Shown one piece after another: positions 37,301 to 49,300 of a stretch of 64,000 bases of DNA (the first letter of the stretch is position 1; every line of letters begins with the position of its first letter). The notes below the pieces were generated by a model. It was not told where the DNA came from and searched no databases. It saw only the letters and a list, made by a program, of their open reading frames with translations. Position numbers and translations under genes: made by a program. Origin of the DNA: Botryllus schlosseri (Eukaryota); assembly GCA_051294905.1 (NCBI GenBank), contig CM119372.1, positions 806,001 to 870,000 on the forward strand, in the 5' to 3' direction.

Positions 37301-40300
37301 ATCAATTCAGCCTTTAAGAAGAAGATGATCCTATCTAAAAAGTATAATTTTCTAGAGTCGCCCAATTGGCTGCTAATTGCAGAGTCCAAGAATCCCGGAT
37401 CTTAGGATTTACCACAATGACTACATTGGCTACACATTCTCTTGATGTCCCCGAGCCCGACTCGATTCTGCCAGATTCAGTGAATTTCCTGAACGCTCAT
37501 TTTCCGGATGGATATTTATTCATATTATATTGCCAATTGAAGCCACTCGTCGTTATAGATAGGAAAGCCTGTGAGCCAAAAAGGCCATCAACCATTTTTA
37601 ATTGTGATGATAAGTAGTATACTCTGATATGTTGTGTGCAGGGATTTCTAGAACTTCCACGCGCTTCGTGTCCCATCCCGAGGTTCTAGAAATCCCTGAT
37701 TGTGTGTACTCTACACTCTACAGTACATGTATGCCGGTAAACTTGGCGCGTACGAATCGACTATTGAGCTTTGATACTGCAGTAGGAGTCGGTCATTTTT
37801 TTTGATCGATTTCGCCCCCATGAAGCATCGTTCACAATTATATGAACAGCTTCTTTGAGGTACAGAACTTCAATATACAATTGAATAGTATATTCATATT
37901 GCAATGAACCCGAATATTTTCGGCTGACACTCGTCAGGGGTAATCGTCAGCAACTAGTAGAGAATTCGAAAGAACAGCGTATATCAACAATCGTAACACA
38001 AAATATGACGTCACCAGCACGAAATGTCGAATACGAGAGCGTTCAATGTACTATTTTTAGATGATACACGAACTCTTTTTGTTGACACAGCCTTGGCTGG
38101 TGTATTTTGATAAAAGTCGACTCCAAGGCACACAAATGAAAGTGTGAGCGACCCTTTCCCAGTATGCGAAATCTGTCGTCTCGATAATTTTTCGCACAGG
38201 CGGGATTATCCAACAAGTGTTTGCCAATTGCAGAATTTATGGCCTTTGATTGTTCCGCATCAATCTTGAGCGGGTATATTCATGCAGTGAGTGAGCACTG
38301 AATGAGGTACAGGGGTTCATGAGCTCGTCACAGCAACTCCAAGGGTTCATTCATCATCATCATCATTGGTTTATTAGCAATTTTATCAGTTCAATACACC
38401 ACAAAAATGCGATACAATGAAAAGACAGGAAGATGTCGAAGCGACAAGGAGTAGTCTATGGAATCTGACACCCACCTTGGCCTAGGCCAGGGGTGACCAA
38501 CCTTTTTAGCCAAAGGGCCACATTTGATTGACGAACTATTGTACGGGCCACTAGCAGCAAGAGGCGCGAAAATTCGTCGAAGTTCATAGATCAATAATAT
38601 TGTCACTTGACTATATTGCGGGCCTGCTGTATATCACTGGGCTCAGTTTGCAAGGAATGGACTATTCGGCGCCTGGACATATCGATATCGAAAGCTTCGA
38701 CCAAAACGAGTCAATCATTTTGTGCCTAGGTTTTACAGTCGACGGTCTTTCTGCGAGCGCAAACGTAAGGTCGCATATGTTGAACGACACTTTGTTTCGT
38801 ATTCGCGAATATAGTTGGACTCAATCTGATACATTAGGCGTTCTTTCATTTTCGCAAAAGGGTAACAATATTGAAAGCAAGAAATCGACTGACAACATGT
38901 TGCGCGAAGCGTGTAGAAACGTTTTCCTTTTGAGAAATCTATCGCAAATTTTTCTGCTTTATTGTAGTGTACGAAGATCTACCAAAATGTGACTGGATAA
39001 TGGATCTGCCAATGCGTCGGAACTGATATTTTAGTCATCACATCTCAAGTGTTGCGACCAGACTAATCAAATTTTTGGTTGGCTTTGCAAGTTCACAATG
39101 TGTGCAATCCATTTTTGATAATATTACTAATTTCGGAAATTACCTCGCGGGCCACTAAAAACCTTCTCGCGGGCCACATGTGGCCCGCGGGCCATGGGTT
39201 GGCCGGCCCTGGCCTAGGCGATGTAAAGAGGAGGCATGCACAGAATGCACACTGAATGATAGTAAAGAAGATAGTATAGAAGAAGAATGCGACAAGAAAT
39301 AGGGCGGCATGTCATGGGAAGCGAGATCGATAGGTCAGTCGTGGTCCGGTAATCTTGAGGATGGACTGTATTTATTTAGTAGTAATTGCTTGTATTTCTA
39401 AATAAATACAGTCCATCCAGCAACTCCAAGGGTTCAAACCAAATAATATTGAGAAGCACTGCTCTATCCCTCTATACAACGATTGCGGAGGTGTGTGTGA
39501 AGCTATCAACCCGAGACGAACCAACCTTTCGAACTCATCATCAAATTCTTCCACTACGTCTGAAACCTCGGCTCTTTTGTGAGAGTATCCTCCAGCGATC
39601 CAAATTTTCTGTTTGTGAACACATACAGCCGTTCCCGCTCGTACGCTTGACAATGCTCCTGCATACTCCCACACGCAATCAGTGACAGAGTATCGTTCGA
39701 TGTCTCTCAGTATTCTTTGCTTATGATCCTGGCCACCGATGGCGTAGATGTATCCGTTCAAGTAGACTGCCTGAAAATGACCTCGGAAGAAGATATTGGA
39801 CCAATCATTGGCCCACAACTATCTTCAAAGTGCCATGTTTGTGTAGAGGTGGTCAGAGTAGCCATCGGTGGTAGGCTACTCAAGTAGAAGTTGGGGCACA
39901 TGTATTGAATTCTAAGGAATAAAATACGTATTCTAGGACTAGTCTTGCCTGAAAAGTGAAAACTTTGAAGTAGAGTAAGCCGGCAAATATACTTGGAGTA
40001 GGCCTACTTGGAGGAGTAAACGTTATTCGTTAATTACCACCCGCGGTTGATATTCAAGTGAATGACGTAAATTCTAATCAGTTACAAGTATAAGTAGCGA
40101 TTTGCAATTACGCGCCAAAACTACGTCAAGTGGAAGTAGAAAATGAAAGGCCTAAAAGTACTCCAGTAGTTTCAAAATTTAGTTGGTCGAAGGTTTAAAA
40201 ACAGAACCATTTGAGTAATTAGTGCAAGTAGGCAAAATCCAATTGAGTACTCCGAAAAAGTAGAAGTATTTGGTTACTGGACACCTTTGTATTTGTGCCT

Positions 40301-43300
40301 AATACTCTCAAACTACGTAACAAATTTTTGGCATCCGTAGCCATCGCGCAAATTTGAAAACATTAGTCTAAGATTAACAAATCTACAAGTAAAACGAAAA
40401 AAGTAAGGTCAAGATCCAAGAGTAGCTTATTGCTGCTGGCACTAGTGTTTTTATTGAATTTGAATTTTTTGTTGTTATAATAGAAGTATTGCTCGCTGAA
40501 AAAGGATCATGGTCCCCAAAGTTGGGAACCTCTGCTTCAAGTGTCAAACTTGTGTTTAATACCGGCAAACCAACCGGGATCAAACTGATCAGTATCCCTA
40601 ATAATTTCCGAAAACCGTTATCTAACCAAGAAAGTTCAGGGTTAGGTTTAGGGTAACACGGGAGACCTGCATAGACATCCGTGGGGTTGACATCGGGTCG
40701 ATTTTAGTCCAAGTCAGCGATTCGAGTCCGAGTCGATAGCAAGTTGCCACGGGACACACCTCGGATCCTTTCCCAGTCAAGGTAGGGTCTGATCCACCTG
40801 GAAATGAAATTCAAATTGAACACACCTCCCCAGGACAGTTGAATCAATGTGCTGCCGAACTTAGAAAGCGAGTTGGACAACTCGAAATCTTCAGCGTCTC
40901 CGAATTAGATTAGATAGTTGGAATGATATTGATAACTACATATTTTCAAATTAGATTAGAATTAGGATTACCGAAATCGCAAAAACCTGGAAATTGAATT
41001 AAATTTCGGATCAGAAATGAAATGCAGCGAAAATCAAGTTCAGTTCGTATTCGTATCATATCAGAGTTAATTCTCATAAGAGAATGGCAAATGTCTGTAC
41101 ATGTACACCCAGATTGACTCATTTCGCACTGCAGCCTACAGTTCTCCTGCAATGTTTTCAAGAAATCCAACATTTAGATTAGAATAAAAATGAGAACATA
41201 GAAAGCTTTCACAAATTTGATTACAATTAGATTACCGACTTTTCGCTCTAATTAGTCTAATCAGAATTATACATGTCTGCAAATGAATATAGGACTGAAT
41301 TGAAATTTTGTTTATATGCGACTGAATCACGAGTCGCAGCTGCTGTGGTAAAAAATGACAAATGCGAAGGGCGAATAACTGGTTCGCTGCTAAAGGAGGT
41401 AGCAGATCTCTCACCGAGGACGTAGAGATAACCTTTACAGTATACTGCCGCGTGGTGATTTCTGGGATGCTGTTGCTTTGCGAACCTTGTCCAGCGGTTA
41501 TCTCTCTCCTCGTATTTGTAAAGGCCTTCCGACGGAGCTGCGTCTTTCACGTCGATTCCTGAGATGTGTTGTGATATATAATGTATATAAGTGATACAAG
41601 TAGATATGTATTATATGAATATGTCAGAAGATATAATAATGTATTCATATTGAAATCCTATATGAATAGTACACAGAGGTGGTCAAAGCAGATATATATA
41701 GTTCTATATTTCATAGGATAGGAATTTACAATTAAGAATAAACTAATTATTCCAGGCCTAGTTATTCTAAAAACATTAAACTGTCAAGTAGAAGTAGTCC
41801 AAAACCATAAACACTTGAGCAGGTAGTGCGCGTAGAAAAATTTTTCGCAAGGGTTGCTAAAAGTAATAAATATCGAAGGACATAATCGCGCCAAGCGCGA
41901 ACAAAATTTAAGCTAAATCCAAATACTGCGAAATGCTGTATTTTCAGTCAATTGGCAAAGATTTCCGAAAGTGTGGGGGATGGCCCCTTTCTCCACATTG
42001 GCTTTGTTAATGCGTCGGAACTAGCATAGTCATCAATCCCACATTTCGCGGTCAGGGTGATTAAAGTTCTGATAGACCTTGCAAGTTCACAATTCATTTT
42101 GTGATAATATAAGTAGGCTGATTCCGAAAATTACTGCGTGCGGGCCACATGTGACCCATGGGCCACGGGTTTGCCACCCTGTTTTAAATCGATTACATAG
42201 TTTACAAGCTAAACTGAATCACGGTGGATGAGAAACCGACCTCCAGAAGCAATGATGTAGTTTGGACAACAAGAACAAGGCTTGATCGGACAGTATGTTG
42301 CCATTCTGTCTTCTCTGATCAGCTTCCCGTCGCCTTCTATCGTCCAATCTTCTCCGTCCGAGTCCAACTTTCTGAACGTAAAGTATTTCACTGAGTTTGC
42401 GATTTTGCTGACTTCAAAATAGAGAGAGACAACTAGAAAATTATCAGCATTTCCAAATTAGATCGAAAATAGAATGGTAGATACGCATTTTTCCAAATTG
42501 TACTAGAATTAGAAATATAGCTAAATCGTTTTGCCAAATTCTAATATAATTAGAATTATAGCTGCACATGTTTTTCCGAATTACATCAGAATTAAAATAA
42601 TAGCTGCATATGCGCATGTTTCTCCATAATAGACTAGAATTAGAATTATATATAGCTATATATAGCATATACAAATTAGATCATAGTTACATTATACCTA
42701 CCGTACACAGTTTTTTCCCCGAATTAGAATAGAATTAGAATTACTAAAATCACAAAAATTCGGAAATTGAATTAAATTCTGGATTAGAAAGATATACAAC
42801 AAAAATTAAGTTTAATTCATATCCAATCACAGTTCATTCTTATAAGCCGGAGGTGGCCAACCTGTGGCCGTAGAAGGAAATTTGTGCGGCCGTCGATACG
42901 TAGCCTAATTTAATTAGTATGTGTTTGCGGCCGTCGACATGCAATTTGATTTTACTAATTGGCTTACGAATTCTTGACAAATTTTAATTAATCCTGAAAG
43001 TTTCTTCGAGCTGCGCGCGATTCAAGGCGACTTCAGTTTTCAATTTCAATACAGTAGCGCCCTTTGCAATCTGAACCCCACATTACAGACGAGAAAAGCA
43101 GAGGAAATGATGCGCCACGTACAGAAACACCAACTTGGAATCGTGTCCTACTCACGAAAAAATTGTTTCCGGTACGTTTGGGTGATTCCAATATCTTTCC
43201 ACCATACCGTCAATCCTGATGGGAGGTCAAGAAATAACAGCATGCATCAAAGTGACAAATAAAAATTGGCCCACCCGAAGATGCATCATCATTTATGACT

Positions 43301-46300
43301 CCCCTTAAATTTTCGAAAAAAAAACTCTAATCAACTTTCCCGGGGAATCAGATCACATGAGCTGAGAAAGGATAAATGTTTGATAGATTCGTGAATCTGA
43401 AAAAAAATTCCATGCGCGATCCATTTCGGTGCGATATAGAAAGCCGATATGAATATATTGATTAGTCCCGAGCTCATCGAAAATGGACATGGACAATTCA
43501 ACATGGGTATTTGGTAGGCTTACCATATTTTGGAAATCAAAAAAGAGGACACTTTTTCAGAAATTTGCAATTTGCAAAACCGGAGTGAAATTCTCAAAAA
43601 CCGGTTAATTGTTCCCACTTTGTGATCGGTTGACTAAAAAAAAAAAAAAAAGGTCATCTTTTCGCCCAGAGCTAAAATCACCGTTTTTCACTCCGAAATA
43701 CCCGTCGGAGCTTCACTTCTGTGCTGATATGCGGCATATCACTCGCAATTTGCTCTAAATCTGCTCTAAATCTCAAAAAAGAGGACAAAATCTCAAAAAA
43801 GAGGACAAAAGGGCGTCCTCCGAGGACACTTTCAAAAAAGTCAAAAAAGAGGACGAATCCTCTTAAAAGAGGACGTATGGTAAGCCTATATTTGGTGTCC
43901 AGCTAGTTCATTATGACTATGTCCTGGAAGGTGGCCGTAGGCTACATGAGTAATCGAAATACGGCCGTTAATAGCAAAAAGGTTGGCCCCCCCCCGTTAT
44001 AAGCACATGAATGGCAAATGCCTAGGCTACACGCAGCTTGTCTACAGACTACAGGCACCCAGCGTTTCGCGCTATGCATTTCTCCTGTAGCATTTTCAGG
44101 AAAACCAGAGATTAGATTAGAATTAAATGAGAGCTTAGAGAGATTGCAAAAATTCGATCATCGCATTTCGCTCTGATTGGATAGCTGGAATTATCTAGTT
44201 GCCCAAGTCTGACTGCAAGTCTGAATAACTCACGAGAATTTTCCGGTTCTTTCTTGCTGCCTCAGCAAGCTCTTGTCGGATTCGTCCGAGGACTTCAAGC
44301 AGTGATATCGGAACGCTTCCAAAATCATGACTCTAGACTTCTTCTTTCTCATCAAGTAGTCCTTAGACTCTACGTGATCTGTCAGCTCCTCCGGAGTCAA
44401 CAGTTGAAGCCGGACCTGAACATGTCAGAGTTATCTCGCTGCCGAAGTTACTAATTAGAAGAAGTGGTTAGCAACGAAGTACTTGCACCAAATACTCGGG
44501 GGGTATTGTTTTTAGACTACTTATTCTGCTTGAGTAGTTTTGTAGTATAGCCCTCCTGCGCCCCCTATATAGGTTGGCGCCAGTGGGATGTTTGAGTAGT
44601 TATGTGCTGCATTCTGGGTAGAGTTGTTGGAGTGGAGTCGATGTGTATTGTGCAGCTGCAGCGTAGTGTGTGCTAGAGTAGAGTATGGATACAGGATACT
44701 GTTGTTGCAGTTTGTATACCGTTGTAAAATATGACGTATTAACATTATGACAGATTTCGACCGTTCAAAGATGTACCTTTTCTACCAGCACAAAGAATGT
44801 AAGGCCAGTATACTGCACCACATAAGAGAATTTAGTATTTTTCAATCATGCCTATTTCATTTGACTTTGTGACACTGCTGTGGATTGATCACAACTTACA
44901 GAAATATCACTGACGTATAGCTTTGTCCAACATGTTTCTTATACTGCGATGCAACATTGCGACCAACTGAGATTTCAAGCCTTTTGCATTGAAAAAATAG
45001 GGTCAAAACTGCAATTCTCATTGAAAACGGGGCATAGTTTCAGTTCTCAAAAAAACTGCCGCTCATTACCCGAATTGAGTAATCACAATTCATACTCGAT
45101 TCGCATTCGAGTACCCGAATCATCGTGCCCACCCCTTAGTCACACCAACCTTGGAGAGCAGGTACGGTCCGTGAACGAGATGCATTTGGGCGGCTTCCAA
45201 CCATTTCGTGAGAGCCTGAAACACGAGGAATTCTTCCATGTTGAGACGATCGTCGTCCAGCAAGGCGGCCACGGTGTGTACGGACGCTCGCCTGAAACGC
45301 AGAATTTGACAATTGAGAAAAAGTAGAATCATAACTTAACAGTTTAGAATTAGAATTAGAACATAATTTGAATAGCTGAATTCGCAAAATCTTGCGAATT
45401 GTATGTAAATCTGAATCAGAAAGAAATACAACCGATTTCAAGTTCAGTTCATAGCAAATCAAATCAGGGTTCATTCTCAAAAGCATAAGGGCAAATATCT
45501 GTACACAGAGCTTAGCTCGTTTCGTACTGTATAGTTCTGTAGAAATTTCAGGAGACAGGATATTCGATTAGAATTGAAATGAGAATATAGAAACATTACA
45601 AGCGGAGTAGAATTAGATAACCGACATTACGCTCGAATTAGTCGAATAACACATCTAGAATGATATATTTGTTCAAGTCTGCAGCAGGGTCATTGAAATC
45701 GTGTACCAGACGCTTGCATTCATGTGTTCGTATAAAGAACTCACAAAAAACCGCGCGTCTTGCAAATTTGTCCGATATTCCTGGCCGCGAAGCCTAGCGC
45801 TAAACCGAGAGTCGACATTTCTCCTTGCAGTCGCAGGTCGTCGATCAGGCCACACACTGAAACGAATTCGAGACCAAACGGAGATTCCTGAATCAAGAAA
45901 GATTGGTCGATGGACGGACGCGTCTGCTGTTCAATTCACATTTCAAACAATCTTCTTGACCACATAAATAACTAGAAATTAGTGACTTTAATGTCAGTAC
46001 GTTATGATTTGTATTTCTAAGCTTTTTCATAATGCATGCGTGCGTTATTGTGGTGCTGTTTTGCTAGTATTGTTTCGTTAGTGAAATTGTTAATCACAAT
46101 GTTGCTATGACTTTCTATTAATGAAATTTCGTTCTTTCAACAGAATTGACGTATAAGGCAAATACCTCATGATCGATGGTTATTATAATGATAGAGACAT
46201 ATTGATAAACATTACTTCTCGTTCACACATACCGAGAGGCGAGAAACAATTTTCCGGCACAGCTAAATGACAGAATAGCCCTCCAACTATTTTTTCATAT

Positions 46301-49300
46301 CCACAATTTTCAATTCCCAAAACTTCGCTTCTGCTGGTTTGAATTGATCCAGATTTGTGACGCATTAATAGGAAAGAAAAAGCTAACAATTTCACTGCGT
46401 CCGGGCAGTGAAATTTGAAAAAAAAAAAAATCTTTTTTAATCAATTCGCTTATACGGGTTTGAATTGATCCAGATTTGATGTGCAGCGATTCTAGGAAAC
46501 CTATCAATTGCATAGAGAACGAGTTGAAATTTGTAAAAATTTGAATTTGTACACTCGGTACCTCGTCATCGGAGTCATCCGATTCGTCCGGAACCGGTCT
46601 TCGTTTAGCAGCTCCGGGAGGTTTCGTATTCTTTGGTCGACTTTTCTTCACGCTGTCGCTGCGATGGAGATATAGGGATCATGCTAGATACGTGATCGCG
46701 GAAACTTGCCCCGCTGTCGACGTAGGTGATAAGTAGGGATGGGCTGGTTGTGATCAATCTACAGCATTGTCAGTAAGAGCAATGAAATCGGTATGGTCGA
46801 AAGATGCGAAATAACCTTTAATGCGCAACTGGCATTTCTTTATGACTTTAGACTACTTTTAAGTTACTTTCACGCAATAGCCTTGTGTTTTTTAGGCAAA
46901 ACTTGGTCTGAAAACCTGAAATTTGTACTTTTTATAGAAATAGGTAGGCCTACTTTTACTTCTACTTGTATTTGTACTTAAGTTACGGTACTTCGAACGA
47001 TCTGACGACGTCATTCACGCTCTTACCGTTTGCGGTCTCTCTCCAGTTCTTTATCCAACACGTTTCGCATAATGGCGTCGACGAGACCCTGCATTTCCAA
47101 TTTGGCCCCGGCGCGAAATAAGCGTTTTAATTTGGTGGTCGTTACGTCGACTTCGGCCGTGTACATGAAATTTAATACCTGAATATCAGAGATGAGGAAA
47201 AAGGTTTATGATCATATTGAAGCTGAATTTGGATTAGGGCTTGGACAGGAAATTTCTAATCATTGTTTAATTTCCATGCGACTTTAGAGCTAAATACCGG
47301 TATAGAGTTAGGGTTAGGGCTGCTACCAGACAGAAGACAGTGTCCCAGTGAGACCTATACTTTCCATGATCGGGTCTGCTCACCATCAGCTGGCAAAATG
47401 GCTTATTGACATTTTGGAACCGGTTCGGGAATTGTACGGCACGGAATGTGTTCGCGATTCGTTCACGTTCGCTGGTGAAATACGAAACCTGGATTTGCCG
47501 AATCCAGACGTGTTTCTGAGCTCATTTGATATCTCTAGTCTTTTTACGAACGTTCCGCTGCATGAGACTATTGATATTTGTGCCAACGCGCTGTACGGTG
47601 GTAAGTTACCGCCACCATCAATCCCGCGTAACGTCTTTGTTGAAATTTTACAAGCGGCAACTTGCTGCGTGGAATTTAGCTTCAACGAGGTCATGTTTCG
47701 CCAAATAGTCGGCTTAGCCATGGGTAGTCCCCTGGGACCTATTTTGGCCAACATTTTCGTAGGGTATTACGAGGGCGAGCTTCTGTCCCAGCGTGAGTCC
47801 GCCAAACCACTATTGTACCGCCGATACGTAGATGATACATTTGTCATTTTCAGGAATGAATCGGAGTGTGACCAATTTCTCATTCGCTTAAACTCGCTTC
47901 ACCCGGCCTTGCAATTCACAATAGAAAAAGAACGCAATAACTCATTATCATTTCTGGACGTATTAGTTGAAAAGCGCAATACCAACAAATTTGAAACGTC
48001 TGTTTTCAGGAAACCGACATTCACAGGCCAATACCTTCGCTGGAATTCATTTAGTCCTTGGCGCAGAAAAATTAACCTCATAGGCACACTCGTGCATTGA
48101 GCGTTGATGATATGTTCGGGTAACAAACTGAGTTTAGAACTTGACTACATCCGAAAAATCTTACTTGATAACGGTTACCCTGAACACGTCATCAGCCGCG
48201 GCATGGAGAGGAAATTAACGCAATTCAACGCAGAAAAACGAGCAGAGCCCACCGCACGAACAATAAAAGATGTTTATATCCATCTACCTTGGATTGGCCC
48301 CATTTCCACCCGCTTTGAAAAACAATTGATTTCTGCTGTCGGTAAATGTTACGATACAGTCAAAACCAATGTGATTTTTACAACAACACAACTGCTCCCT
48401 TCAACACGCAAAGACGTGCTTCCTGCACTTCAACAAAGTAATGTAGTGTACGAATATAGGTGCCACTGTGATTGTGGCTACGTGGGAAGAACGTCAAGAC
48501 GTCTGCAGGACTGCATAAACCAACATGTCCCCAGATTTATCAGAACACGTGCGTCACGCGATGTGAAAAGCTCACCCTCATCCACTTAAGATTGATGCTG
48601 ATCGATCAAAGGCAATTAATTCTGCCATCGGCAAACATCTGTTGGATAATCCGATTTGTGCGAATAATTATCGAGACGACCGATTTCGAATCGTAGGTCG
48701 AGGCCGTTCACAATTCCATTTGTGTGCCTTGGAATCAACTTTTATCAAAATACACCAACCAAAACTCTGTCAACAAAAAAAGTTCGTGTATCACCTAAAA
48801 ATAGTACATTGAACGCTCTCTCATTCGAAATTTCATGCTGGTGACGTCATATTTTGTGATACGATTGTTGATATACAATGTTCTTTCCAATTCTCTACTA
48901 GTTGCTGACGATTACCCCTGACGAGTGTCAGCCGAAAATATTCGGGTTCATTTCAATATGAATATACTATTTAACTACCACACTGTAAAAAATCTGGTAG
49001 ATTTACTGGGAAATCTCTGTCAATTTTACAACGAATTACCGGTCGCAGCCAATAACTGTGCGTAGCTTGTAATTTTACATTTTGATATGTAATATTACCT
49101 TAGTTTAGCTGTAAGTCAAGTTACCAGAATTTCTTCGCAAAATTACTGACAGTTACTCGTAACTGCAGTTTACCAGGCAATTGGGAAGATTGATTAGCTT
49201 CATAATCGTTGCAGCCAATATATACGTGGAAATGAATCATCATCATCATCATTGGTTTATTAGCAATTTTATCAGTTCAATACACCACAAAAATGCGATA

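Noticed and set aside
39771..39818. ORF extension ...FRGHFQ that looks like a kelch motif
   Set aside because: It is intronic: tttcag at 39771 is the acceptor and exon 40667-40797 supplies the real preceding residues.
40638..40656. gggttaggtttagggtaa as an interstitial telomere
   Set aside because: Only 2-3 imperfect units, too short to support.
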